From: Octopus bimaculoides
Taxonomy: Eukaryota
DNA length: 51,814 nucleotides
Direction of reading: 5' to 3'
Assembly: GCF_001194135.2 (NCBI RefSeq)
Contig: NC_068981.1
Location: 116,652,938 to 116,704,751 of the forward strand
Position numbers and translations under genes: made by a program. The stretch's first letter is position 1, and every line of letters begins with the position of its first letter. The notes under the pieces were generated by a model, which saw only the letters and a program-made list of their open reading frames with translations, was not told the DNA's origin and ran no database searches. This document shows, in pieces, positions 1 to 12,484 of the stretch.

Positions 1-277
1 AATAATGGATATAATGTAAAGGGGACGAGGGGGGGGTTAAAAAAAATTATGTAAAGTGTTGCAGGGACGTAAAGGGGAGAGTCATAAGGAAGAGAAGGCT
101 GCGTTGAGTCCGAAGGGGAAACAAGAATTAAGGTTGAAAAGGTAGCGTTGCTCCAAGTGGAGTCGCGAGGGAGTGGACCCATGGTGCAGGTAAGTGGACC
201 CATGGTAAGTGTAATAACAAGAGAATAATGGATATAATGTAAAGGGGACGTGGGGGGGGGGTTAAAAAAAAATTATG
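1..277 (-). mobile_element. Penelope-like retroelement 3' fragment (GIY-YIG C-terminus) with partial tandem duplication
   Basis: The minus frame ending at stop 82-84 reads ...GSTPSRLHLEQRYLFNLNSCFPFGLNAAFSSL*, matching the R..E..(W/L)I/F.L....P.GLN end of Penelope GIY-YIG. Bases 1-51 recur at 224-277 (period 223). Confidence 0.7.
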
Positions 278-367
278 ACAGCGACAGAGAAAGGGGAGAG
301 TGAGAGAGGAGAAAGCTAGACAGAGAAGAAGAGAGAAGGCTAATTAGAAAAATATACAGAGAGAAAG

Positions 368-463
368 CCAGATAGATAGATAGGTAGACAAATAGATAGA
401 TAGATAGATATACAGATAGATAGATAGATAGATAGGTAGACAAATAGATAGATAGATAGATAG
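368..463 (+). repeat. (GATA)n microsatellite within a purine-rich low-complexity tract (278-780)
   Basis: Direct reading. Confidence 0.95.
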
Positions 464-1333
464 NNNNNNNNNNAGAAAGAAAAAAAAGAAAGAAAAAAAG
501 AAAGAATGTGCGTGAGAGAGAGAGAGAAATATACATTCATAAAGACAGACAGAAAAGTACACTGAGGCAGTACACAGAGGCACATATTGAGAGAAGAGAA
601 AGATTACTGCAAAAATGTAAGAGATAAATAGCAGTAAGTGAGAGAATGTAAGAAGAAAGATATGAGAGAAAGAAAGAGACGAAGAAAGAAAGAGAGAGAA
701 AGAGATGAGTGAAAAGTGGGAGAGAGGGAGAGGGGCAAAGAGATAGAGATTGAGAAAGGAAGTGAGAGGTGTGCTGGACAAATAAACACAGCGATTAAGC
801 CATGTTGCTACTTTTGTTGTTTAGCCTAAAGCCAAAATTGTGATCAAAGGCTTCCTAGTTTCAACAGCCTATTTCATAGATAGCATATCAAGGACGAAGT
901 TATCCGGTATGGTTTTCATTTATTGTTGTTATTTAGCCCCAGGTCAATCCAGATTAATCAGTCATACATTTCAGATTTGAACATCCCATTGATACTACAT
1001 TTACAAGTATGATTATGTAATATGGCTTTCTCTTTTAACGATATTAAGTTATAATATTAAAAAGGTTTGGCTGCTGTTTCTAGATCTCACGGGTAAGTGC
1101 AATAACCCCCTCTTTCGCACGTTTCCTTTAACAGGGTATAGTCTAGCTCACGTCTGTTTGTAGCAGTCTGACACGCGCAATGATTTAAATACTCCGTTCG
1201 AAATTTCTAGCAGGGATGTTTTCTGGCGCCGGCCAGCCTCGATCAGTCCTGATTACAAGAATATCTAATCAGTGTTATTTTATTCAGGCAGATTATGCTT
1301 AGGACAAAGAAAGCCGGTATTACCCTTTTTTTA

Positions 1334-1432
1334 AGGTGGCAAGCTGGCCGAATCGTTAGCACGACGAGCAAGATGCTTGGCGGCATTTCGTCCGGCTTTT
1401 CTGCGTTTAAATTGTGTCGAGCTGGACTTACC
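1334..1432 (+). mobile_element. tRNA-derived SINE 5' fragment (family 1)
   Basis: ggtggcaagctggccgaatcgttagcac...cggcatttcgtc is similar to the copies at 3.8 kb and 32.8-33.1 kb. Confidence 0.7.
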
Positions 1433-1663
1433 TCGAAGACTGGAGGACAAAGTTTACTATAGCTACGTTTGAAGTGAAAACGTAAACGACTGCAAACAAA
1501 TAACCCAAACGTATTTTGTAATACACGCTTTGTTTACTGCCATCCTTGCGCTCTCTCAGACATTGACTGGTAATAACTTTGCATTTTTTCACATCACTGC
1601 TTACTGCTGCCACCCCGTAATTTGTTTGCGGTGAGCTGCCAATTATCGCTACCAGTTATTGTA

Positions 1664-1791
1664 CACGGTGTCTACAAAGTCTGGGTACATGGAGCAAATA
1701 AAATAATAGCATAAACAATTAAATATAAGCGATAATAATTTCTTAAAGTATGTGTAAATCCCCCATGTACCCAGACTTTGTGGACACCCTG
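1664..1791. mobile_element. 128-bp Tc1/mariner-type MITE
   Basis: 29-bp TIRs CACGGTGTCTACAAAGTCTGGGTACATGG vs the reverse complement of the right end, CAGGGTGTCCACAAAGTCTGGGTACATGG (2 mismatches). TA at 1662-63 and 1792-93. Confidence 0.9.
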
Positions 1792-1799
1792 TACAATGA

Positions 1800-2700
1800 C
1801 GGAAATATTATAAGAGAGACAATTATTCTTATCAGCTCGCAGCGCACCCTATCCGGTTTCTGTAGTTGAAGAGGAGATAACCATTCCGAAATGCTTGCAT
1901 CCCTAAGTGTAGGTAGGTGGCACTTCGAGCTGATTCTAGTGTATTTACACCATTTGCCTCCAGCGAGAAATTCTCTCCATGATAAAACATAGTGAATGAC
2001 TTTCTTACGGGTTCGAATACGCCCCAAGCATATTTGAACGCGTAATAACTCTGTATCTATACACATCACTGCGGAACGCTGATACCCCGTATTGCCTTAT
2101 TAATGACACTTAATCTGAGACAGTTCAGTTCTGAAGGTAAATTTGTTGATTGTTGAGCAGTCCTCCCTTAGCGGTTTGATTGTGATGAGGATATTGCGAA
2201 ATTTAGATATTTTTGCAATATATTTTTAATGTCACTGGGTAGAGTGTATGTTGTGGTCTATTTCGCAGACATAATAATAACATTTTCAGCTGCTCTATAG
2301 CTACAATGTATTTAGTTCATGTAACAGAATTTCCACGGATTGTTTGTTGTATTATTTTTACTCTTTGTTGAGTAGTTTGTTTTTACTGTGTTGAATTTCT
2401 TTCTTTATTGATCTATATCTTGGTCTATTAACTTGTTTGTATATCCAATATTTTGTTTTATTCTAAGGACTTATCTTTGAAGTTACCGTTTGCATAAACC
2501 CTAAGTAGTATTCTGTGTAATGATTTAATCACTAACATATTTTACTTTCGGACATTCGTTTATTAAGATCTTTAATGTAAATAATTGTAGTATATATAAT
2601 TCTATATTTCTAAGTTTGATATATATTGGGTTTGTGTCGCATGTATCTTAGTAAATAATATGCTTAATCCAGATTTAATAAATACTATGCAATCCATCCA
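1800..2700 (-). pseudogene. Possible highly decayed Penelope-like ORF (RT thumb to GIY-YIG)
   Basis: Frameshifted pieces KSLHRI..RVY..F, GYTNKLIDQDI, V-YRY, GRIRTR and PLQLQK occur in the order expected for Penelope thumb/GIY-YIG. Many stops; identified by eye only. Confidence 0.35.
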
Positions 2701-3805
2701 TCTATTTAATTAGAAGATTGCTCAAGTAATTTCTAGTAACTGCAAACTATAGTATGCAGCTTTAAACATAGATATTCCTTTTGAGCAAAATGCAGAAGCT
2801 CTTCAATAGAATAATTGCTGAAGAAACCTTAACGTCAAGATTAATAACGAAAGCGAAACAAACACATCATCATATATATGGCATTCAATGAGAAACTGCT
2901 ACATTAACTGCTATTACAATCATTTCATCAAATACATAAGAGCAAAGATATCTTGAACCGATGAAAGCCATTGAAAATTTATTGTTCATCAATGCATGCG
3001 TGCGTGNNNNNNNNNNNNNNNNNNNNNNNNNNNNNNNNNNNNNNNNNNNNNNNNNNNNNNNNNNNNNNNNNNNNNNNNNNNNNNNNNNNNNNNNNNNNNN
3101 NNNNNTATATATATATATATATTTATTTATTTATCAGCCTAATATGGAAGTAATGTTTTTGTATTTATTCTGCAAGACTCTTGATGTAAATACGTCTGTT
3201 GAAACAAATCTTGTTGTATGTTGAGAGCGCCATTGGGCAAATAATAATACACACACATACTGGTTGGATATCATTTCTCTACTGTTAGTATATCGGTTAG
3301 ATATTAAACTCACTAAGTAACTGATCGTTTGTTTCATGTTGGTTTAAAAAAGAACCCCATCGATTAGATAGTTGGTTAGTTATTTAACTGATTGACTATC
3401 AATAAAAAAGTGGTATTGCACCAATGTGTGCGTTTATTATTAATATTATTGGCGTAATGACCCTCTCCAGATACAGCAGGATGGAAATAACTGAAATATT
3501 AAAGATCTTTCTTAACTATGCCATAAGTGGAAGACACTCGTGTTTCTTTGATATAGAAATGTGCGTTTCTTTTTTTCTTTGTAAATGTGAACTGTTTTGT
3601 ATTGTATATGAATTTCATTATTGGTTCTACTTATGACATATGTTCCACTACGGATATAATAATTTTCCTGGATCTGTAAAATAGGTAATGATCATATTTA
3701 AAGATTATCAGTATCTCTTTCACTAAAAAAAAATTCTTCTCAACACGTTTGACGTTTTGCATAAAAGTGAGAAAAATATTTATATTATATTTAGAAAATA
3801 TCTTT

Positions 3806-4004
3806 GGAGGCGCTGACCTGGCAAATGCTTAGCGGCATTTCGTCGGTCCTAACGTTGTGGGTTCAAATTCCACCGGAATTGACTTAGCCCTTCATCCTTT
3901 CGGGATCAATAAAATGAATATCAGTTAAGCATTGGGGTCGACGTTATCGACCTAACCTCTTCCCCGTAATTGCTGGCCTGGTGCCAAAATTTGGAAGCAA
4001 TATT
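3806..4004 (+). mobile_element. tRNA-derived SINE (family 1), near full length
   Basis: B-box-like ggttcaaattcc, then ttcatcctttcggg, ggggtcgacgttatcgac and the 3' end ggcctggtgccaaaatttggaagcaatatt. Confidence 0.85.
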
Positions 4005-4821
4005 AAAGAAAAATCTGGTATTCATCTTCCCTCTGCCATGTTTTGTCTTTATAACATTTTTTATAATAATTTATGAATCAATGAACGATTAACAATTTGA
4101 TTATACAGATAATCTAAGACTAATCAACACGCTGAAGAGAACAAAAATCAACAAAATGAATAAAAATTCACAAGTGGCTAATCTGAGAGTTCCTTGGATT
4201 GATAGTATTGTGCGACTACTTATTGGACCAACTCTCTAAGCGTGACTTGATATCGTAAAAGGATGCAATGGTCAATAAACCAGGGATACGAAAACAGTTA
4301 ATGCAGTCACTCAAGAAATATTAATCGATAAAATCATACCCGTATCTAAATAAGTAAATGTTTCAAAATTAAAAGAAAAAACAAAAAAAGACAGATGTAA
4401 ACATCCATTAAATTTCAACCAATTAAAATTAATTAAATATCGAAGGGGTTGTATCATTTTTATTATTTCCATTCGCCGCCACTCTATTAGCATATAATGT
4501 CCCTCGTTCTTAACTCACGTAACATATTATATAGATCTAGTCAGTCTAATAATCTCGGTTACACTATGCTTTCTTGATGAGGTCTAATATCACTGGAACA
4601 GGTTCAGAGTTGTCTCACTTTCTACTCTATCCTTACATATTAATAATGTTGAATAGTAAAAATGTGGGGGTAGGGCTGTCTCCTCTATTTATTTTATCTG
4701 CACAATAAATTTTGCTATTGCTTTGTTAACTTCCAATAAAAGGAAAAATGTATTTGTTTATTTAACATCACTATTCCTTTGGTAAGCTAGTACACAGTTT
4801 ACTAATAAAATGTAGGTACAG

Positions 4822-4989
4822 AAATGGCTGCGTAGCTAAGAAGCTTGGTTTGTGAGTGTTTTAGTCTGGGTTTAGTCTCACTGTGCTGCCCCTTCGACAA
4901 GTGCTTACTACTATATCGACAGGACGATCACTGCTTTGTGGGTAAATTTCATAAGAGAAACCCATGTGGAAGCCTGACGCACATATGCC

Positions 4990-5087
<98 letters not shown>

Positions 5088-5181
5088 CTTTTCCCCGTAG
5101 AATAAGTACAAGACTTAAAAAAGGTACAACGGTCGATTCCTTCAGCAAGGTCGTGGTCCAGTGACTGAAACAGATAAAAGA
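4822..5181 (+). mobile_element. tRNA-derived SINE (family 2) with internal (GT)n
   Basis: Head tggctgcgtagctaagaagcttg; tail tagaataagtacaagacttaaaaaa...gtgactgaaacagataaaaga; (GT)n at ~4992-5086. Confidence 0.75.
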
Positions 5182-5686
5182 TTGTAAATAAGCGACAACT
5201 CATCAATGAAAATGGCAGCAGTATGACATTGGCATGCGTAAACATAGTGGTTCCCAAACTCACAAGCAGTTGGTTCCACCAAAAATTTAACACAAGTTTC
5301 TGGCTCTACTATAATATAATATATATTATGTCATATTATATTATAAAGGAAACAAGATAGGGCTTACGAAGCACGTACACAATTATTCTTTCTTCTGCAT
5401 GTTGTAAAATTGAAAGTTTTTAAAATGTTGGAAACTATCAAAAGTTTATTAACCACAACAATATCTTCCTTATGTGAACGAAATAAGCTCCAGGGAAGGT
5501 ACTCTGAGATCTAGAATGATACATTTTGCATTAGCCTAATTTTGAAATTTTATGTAATATATATAGTTGTTTTCAGTATCTCTAAACTATGTCGATGTGC
5601 CTGTGTCTGCGTTCCTACCTGTAATGTTGGACATGACATTCCCAGGAACCTGAAGATACCTTGTTCGATTAACCTGCAATTGCTAC

Positions 5687-5860
5687 TATTTATAATATAA
5701 AATATTTTTGGTATTTATAATATGTAATATTGCCGGTATTTATAATATAATATATTGCTGTCATCAATAATATATAATATTGCTGGTATTTACAATATAA
5801 AATATTGCTGGTATTATAATACAAAATATTGCTGGTATGTATGATATAAAAGCATCGATT
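5687..5860 (+). repeat. Degenerate ~24-bp AT-rich minisatellite, about 7 units
   Basis: Recurring unit tatttataatataaaatattgctgg. Confidence 0.8.
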
Positions 5861-5871
5861 ACATGTATCTA

Positions 5872-5960
5872 CTTCCTTTTTCTTGTTTCAGCCGTTGGAC
5901 AACAGACATGCTGGGAGACAGTCTTGAAGGGTTGTAGTCTAACGAATGGACCTTAGACTA
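5872..5960 (-). mobile_element. SINE family 2, 3' fragment
   Basis: ttgtttcagcc...catgctgggagacagtcttgaagggttgtagtc is the reverse complement of the tail at 12270-12334. Confidence 0.6.
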
Positions 5961-6713
5961 CAACACGCGTGGCACAACGTTTCAGAGACCTAAACAAACC
6001 AACACGGGTTGCAAAGCCGACTTCTTTCAGTTTTTACTTGGAACATGCAGCCGCTTTTTTGCAGACGCTGTCCTACTGATTTTGGTTGAAGATTAGCTAA
6101 TAGTTACGTATGTCTGAGGTAAATTCAGTCACTTACAAGCTGTATAAATGTGTAAGCACATCAGTTGCCATAACAACTTGAATATTCAATGTTGAATCCA
6201 ATGTAGGGTTCATAGCAAACAGATATACACATGCATTTGCAAATATACGCATACACAAATAAAAACATATATATTTACATAATTACATAAAGATATGCAT
6301 ACGTATACACACGCATGTATATATTTACATAAAAATAACTGCTAGTCCATGCGCGTATGTATAGTTATAATACTTGTACATACCCTGAATACGTTTATAG
6401 GCATTTGTTTTATTGTTGACGTATGATTGTAGGTACATTCATAGTGGAATCAGAACATATAACAGTGTAATGTAAAAACATACAACCAACGACATCAACA
6501 CCACACACATATACATGTATATTTATATGCTTATAACTGCGTGTGTATACACACATACACACATATATTACACATGTGTAATTCACACACACACACACAT
6601 ATTATACATATATATGTACACACAGACACATTATGTACACAGACATTCGCATAAACTCCATCTCTCATAAACATAATACAAATACACGTTTAGTTTATAT
6701 ATAAACACAACAC

Positions 6714-6781
<68 letters not shown>

Positions 6782-6788
6782 GTACATA

Positions 6789-6972
6789 TATTGAGGGTAC
6801 TTTTATGACAATACACAGTTTCACGCTGGCAAATAACTATTTATATAGGCATACACAGCTTCTCCTCTGTGCGTGCTTGCGTGCAAAGCATGAAGAGATA
6901 TTCTTTTTCAATAACTGTTCGAGATTGCATCAATATTTTCTTAGGTGTTATACGAAACTGAATACCCTCACT
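6789..6972. mobile_element. Possible decayed mariner-type MITE
   Basis: tgagggtact at the left end vs aataccctca at the right end; short degenerate TIR only. Confidence 0.3.
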
Positions 6973-7506
6973 GGCACATTGCTTCTCTGGCAATTTTGCG
7001 TTATATGGGCAGATAAATAAAAGACCACAGAACGAATGCAGAAACTATCTTTTTCGTGTGTGTGTCTATTTTACAGGACGTATTTAAGTCTGTCTGTGTC
7101 TGTGTGATGGTCTTTAGTTCTGTTATTTTACTGATTGTTTGGATGGGTGTGTTATTGCGTCTATGTACGTGAATATGTGTGTGCCAGTGTGTGTATGTGT
7201 GCGTATGTGGATGTGTATGAGTGACAGAGAGCTTATGTGAGCATTTACGCAAATTCTTTCTCTCTCTAGTGACATTCACATATGCTAAATGCGTGGAACA
7301 TATATATTTACACCCGCAAGCACACTCAAGGTATCACACGTACAAACATACTTTCAGGCATACACCCATATACAAATATACGTAGACTTACATGCACATC
7401 TATGCATATAGATACACACAGACACACTCACACGCATATATTGTAATATTCATATATACAGTCACTAACACAGACACATCAATGATTGTGTAAGTGTGAT
7501 TGCGTT

Positions 7507-7563
<57 letters not shown>

Positions 7564-7680
7564 GTGTTTGACTATGTAAATAGGCATATAAATGTAGTAT
7601 CATGCAAATATATGCTTCACAACATTATATATAAGTACGTATGTATGTATGTATGTACGTGTATATATAAATATATATAA

Positions 7681-7840
7681 AGTTAATTCCAAATAAAAAC
7701 GAAGATTAAACACAAGACAAATACAACAACTTGAGTGCGTGGTGCATGTAAAGTATTAGCAGACGCTCAGGGAAGGAAAGAAAGGTAGTTTTAACGTTTC
7801 GAGCAAAGCTCTTCTTCAGAGACAGGAGACAGGAAGAAGG
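7681..7840 (-). mobile_element. Short repeat (family A) carrying a minimal hammerhead motif
   Basis: Shares gaaacgt...gagcgtc..ctaatac and the ...aact terminus with the arms of the 34.2-34.5 kb element. Confidence 0.55.
7789..7824 (-). ncRNA. Minimal type I hammerhead ribozyme-like motif, core intact
   Basis: Minus strand reads CUGAAGA-A-GAGC(UUU)GCUC-GAAA-C-GU-U. Stem I pairing is poor. Confidence 0.6.
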
Positions 7841-10800
7841 GGGGGGGAATCGACAACGATCCACAAGTTGCTACATTTCGACCACACATATACTTGCATG
7901 CATGTGTATATATATACATATATATNNNNNNNNNNNNNNNNNNNNNNNNNNNNNNNNNNNNNNNNNNNNNNNNNNNNNNNNNNNNNNNNNNNNNNNNNNN
8001 NNNNNNNNNNNNNNNNNNNNNNNNNNNNNNNNNNNNNNNNNNNNNNNNNNNNNNNNNNNNNNNNNNNNNNNNNNNNNNNNNNNNNNNNNNNNNNNNNNNN
8101 NNNNNNNNNNNNNNNNNNNNNNNNNNNNNNNNNNNNNNNNNNNNNNNNNNNNNNNNNNNNNNNNNNNNNNNNNNNNNNNNNNNNNNNNNNNNNNNNNNNN
8201 NNNNNNNNNNNNNNNNNNNNNNNNNNNNNNNNNNNNNNNNNNNNATATATATATATATATATATATATAAATATATATATTCATTCGAAGAAAAGGTCCT
8301 ACATTTTATACACATACATATATATGCATTCCTAGGTGCATAGGTATTCTTGTGTACATATGCATACTTCTTTGTGTGGAAAATTGTGTGTATAAACCCA
8401 CTTCTGCCTACATATTATCTAATGTGTATGTGTATAGACCTACGTCATTCTTACTGAGAAGCCTACATATACCACCGTAGAATTCCCTGTCTCCTCCAAA
8501 GAGACCGCTGTGTTTGTTTTCGTGTTTGTATATTTAACTTGACTGTTTCTGTATGTATATGTATCTCTGTGTGAGTGTATGACTTGTTTGCATGTATGTG
8601 TATCTCTGTGTGAGTGCATGACGTGTTTGTATGTGTGTGGTAGTGAGTTTTTTTTGCTTTGAAAACAGTTTCAGATATAATGTAGACTTGAGAAAGCAGA
8701 AGTTAAATTACGTGTAAAATACTTTCCAAGCAAAGGTGTCATTTCCAGGATTGTTTCTGTTTTCACACGTGTGTTCTATGGACTACCTACTCGGCTAGAT
8801 TTCCTCTCACCGAATGCGGTTCAGTTGAAATAAGTTTTAACTAAATGGTGGTTTTTATAAAAAAAGTACAAGTCAAAGAAAAGAAAAAGTCAAAAGTTCT
8901 AACAACGACATTCTCCTACAGTAATTTAAGAGAAAAAGAAATCATATATAGGTAACTAAATTCTCAAAGCCACCCTCACCGTTTTATATATGATATACAT
9001 ATCAGATTGCAAGTTTTAAGCCCAGCTATTTTATATGGGCAACATGCCCATTTATACGATATAAATATTTAATTTTAAAATAGCAATTAATTTTTCAAGG
9101 CCTAACCACACAATTCTCTTTCAACAAATCTGTTGAGATCTATACCAGTATATCTAAGTGGAATACTTCAGCACTACAGTTAACGAATTAGTTACTACTC
9201 GACTGCGCTATTTACTAAAAATATCAGCCAAATCTTCAAATCATCTTTAAAAAAGGAAAGACTACATATTGTATGGAAGTAAGGTCTATGACAGTCCTTA
9301 TACACTACAACTCCTTTTATATTCTTAATTATCACATAGCTATCAACCACCAGAATGATGTCAACACAGTTTTCTGGCCATGTCTGATTCTCTCTTTTGT
9401 AGAGTTTACCACAAATTATTTTATCCAATATATCCTCATAGAGGGTTTCTCATCATCACGGTAACTATTAGGTTGGTGTAGACCTTATACGAATGAATGC
9501 TTTGTAACTTCATAGTAAAATGCTGAGATCTGATCGCCTCGTTCCAACGATAATCATTTGTTTTTCATAAGGTTAATGTTGTTTATAGTTATCCCTAAGT
9601 TACTACGTATCCTCATTAAATAGATATTTAATAAATACATTCATATCGCAAATATACTGTTTTTCTTTGAGGCATTCAATGGTCTGGCATACATAGACCA
9701 ATGTATCCTTCTTTAATGAAGATGGTAATGTACTGCTTATAGAAGAAATTGCTACTATTTCTAACCGACTGACTAACCACGTATATTCCTTGCCCGCTGC
9801 TCCTATTTCAAGTAGATCTACAGTCACTTCATAGCAAAAGTGAGCGTTCCACCTTTTTAGTATCTGATGCACCCTTTTATAGACGAGAGGATATTATTTT
9901 AAGGGCATCTGGCTGCCATTTTTAGCATGTTAAGCTGTGCATTAAATTAGGTTCCAAGGAATATTCCAGCTCTGGGCACATGGCATATACAAGTTATCAA
10001 TCAGGTCAATAGAACAAGAGAAATCACGAGACAAACTGAGAGCAATGTGGATGGATGAAGAAAATGGAAAAAGGAATGAAAAGATGGAGAAATTTTCTTT
10101 TGGCGAATTGGAGAACCTCACCATCTCTGAATTGAGATGATTTACTGCTTTATAGATATTCAGTCAAAGGGAACATAACGCTAATTCTTTTTTTGACACA
10201 TGTTGTGACTACTTTCCTCTCGGCTTGATATATAAAAATGTACACATATATTTATACACATGTAGATATATATAGGGACATACTAAAACTGAAAATATTC
10301 AGAATATACACACTAATGTACAAGCATATAAATATGTTTATATATTGACAATATATTTACATGGAGTATAAAAGATAGAGAAAACTGAGAGGAGAATGAA
10401 TAGTTTTAATATAACTATCAATTCTCCTCTCAATTCTCTCGACGACTGTATTTGGGAGCTCGGAATTACGTAATAACTGTAATGTTCATAATTAGCAGAT
10501 GGAATGTGTAAAACTCATGGATGGGCATGCTGTTGATGGAAGCATATAAACACACTTGTAACGCGGCTTCCTTCACCAGGAGGAAAAGATTAGCCGCATT
10601 GGTTACTAACAACCCTCCTCACCAGGAGAGTCTAGTGGGTGTAACGGTTTAGTCACCGTCGACCCGATCATGCAACAGGTTGTATTGGACTCCATGTTAC
10701 CAGTAGCACTCTTGAGAAACCTTAGAAGTGACAGATGAACATCGTGTGGGTTCAACGACTATCTAACGATAGCAAAGACCCTCCGATATTCTAGGTTGGT

Positions 10801-11371
10801 GTCGGGCCTGCATGAAGACCACTGGGTGTAAGGCAACTCTTAGATTTTAACGCTTGTTTCTAAGAGAACGTTACTGATATTAAATGAGATATACTGCGAA
10901 TAGCATTGAACATTTGAGGGATCTTTTGCTTGTACCATAGATCAGGGTGCTCCCACATTCCTGAGCCTTCGACCCACATTGGCATTGGTTATCTTGCCCT
11001 GGCTTGTCTCGCGAGAATGTCAGCAGGGTGGAGAGGATCTGGGATCTTTATTGGACTCAACACTTTAGCTTGTGCAATCGCAAGATGTCAATGCGATATT
11101 CTTTCGTATAGGAAAGCACGCAGCGAGCATGGATGCTGCGGACGCAAATCCAGAAGAAGCTGACTACTGGTACAGTTTTTACATACGCAGTCATAGGTGG
11201 CATTTTGAATGAGCAATGGTCAATAATGGTTTTCTTCCGGAACGCATGGACATCCATCGTATACATACATACATACATGCATGCATGCATACATACATAC
11301 ACACATACATGCATACATACAAACATACATACATACATACATACATACATACATACATAATTATGTGCATA

Positions 11372-11536
11372 AGCGTGGGTGTGGCTGTGTAGTAAGAAGC
11401 TTGTTTCCCAACCACACGGGACCGGGTTCAGTTCCGTTGTGTGAAAACTTGGACAGCAGTCTTCTACTGTAGCCTGGGACCAACCAAAGCTTTGTGAGTG
11501 GAGTTACTAGACAGAAACTGAAAGAAGACAGTCGTG

Positions 11537-11570
<34 letters not shown>

Positions 11571-12334
11571 TGTATGTATGTATGTATGCATGCATGTATG
11601 TATGTATGTATGTATATATATATANNNNNNNNNNNNNNNNNNNNNNNNNNNNNNNNNNNNNNNNNNNNNNNNNNNNNNNNNNNNNNNNNNNNNNNNNNNN
11701 NNNNNNNNNNNNNNNNNNNNNNNNNNNNNNNNNNNNNNNNNNNNNNNNNNNNNNNNNNNNNNNNNNNNNNNNNNNNNNNNNNNNNNNNNNNNNNNNNNNN
11801 NNNNNNNNNNNNNNNNNNNNNNNNNNNNNNNNNNNNNNNNNNNNNNNNNNNNNNNNNNNNNNNNNNNNNNNNNNNNNNNNNNNNNNNNNNNNNNNNNNNN
11901 NNNNNNNNNNNNNNNNNNNNNNNNNNNNNNNNNNNNNNNNNNNNNNNNNNNNNNNNNNNNNNNNNNNNNNNNNNNNNNNNNNNNNNNNNNNNNNNNNNNN
12001 NNNNNNNNNNNNNNNNNNNNNNNNNNNNNNNNNNNNNNNNNNNNNNNNNNNNNNNNNNNNNNNNNNNNNNNNNNNNNNNNNNNNNNNNNNNNNNNNNNNN
12101 NNNNNNNNNNNNNNNNNNNNNNNNNNNNNNNNNNNNNNNNNNNNNNNNNNNNNNNNNNNNNNNNNNNNNNNNNATATATATATATATATATATATATAAG
12201 TGTGTTTGTGTGTGTCTTTCTGTCCGTGTTTGTACCCTCATCACCTTCGGACAACCGGGTTTGATGTGTTCGACTAAGAAACTTTAAGGCGATGCTCCAG
12301 CATGGCCGCCGTCAAATGGATTAAACAAGTAAAA
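11372..12334 (+). mobile_element. tRNA-derived SINE (family 2), full length, with internal (TATG)n/(TA)n and a gap
   Basis: A box gtggctgtgtagtaag, B box ggttcagttcc, body ...gaaactgaaagaag, tail gatgctccagcatggccgccgtcaaatggattaaacaagtaaaa. Confidence 0.85.
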
Positions 12335-12376
12335 ATTCCATACATACAGTCATACACACACACACACACACACACA

Positions 12377-12411
12377 GATAGATAGATAGATAAATAGATA
12401 GATAGATAGAT

Positions 12412-12484
<73 letters not shown>
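12377..12484 (+). repeat. (GATA)n microsatellite
   Basis: Direct reading. Confidence 0.95.

Noticed and set aside
1428-1613. Minus ORF ending in a perfect GAG|GTAAGT donor at 1432
   Set aside because: The donor coincides with the decayed SINE segment gacttacct, and the peptide is unrecognised
5687-5860. Regularly spaced repeats as a possible CRISPR array
   Set aside because: The units are contiguous with no unique spacers, and there are no cas genes; it is a minisatellite
9195-10140. Several 60-90 codon frames in complex sequence
   Set aside because: No recognisable motif and no convincing splice sites
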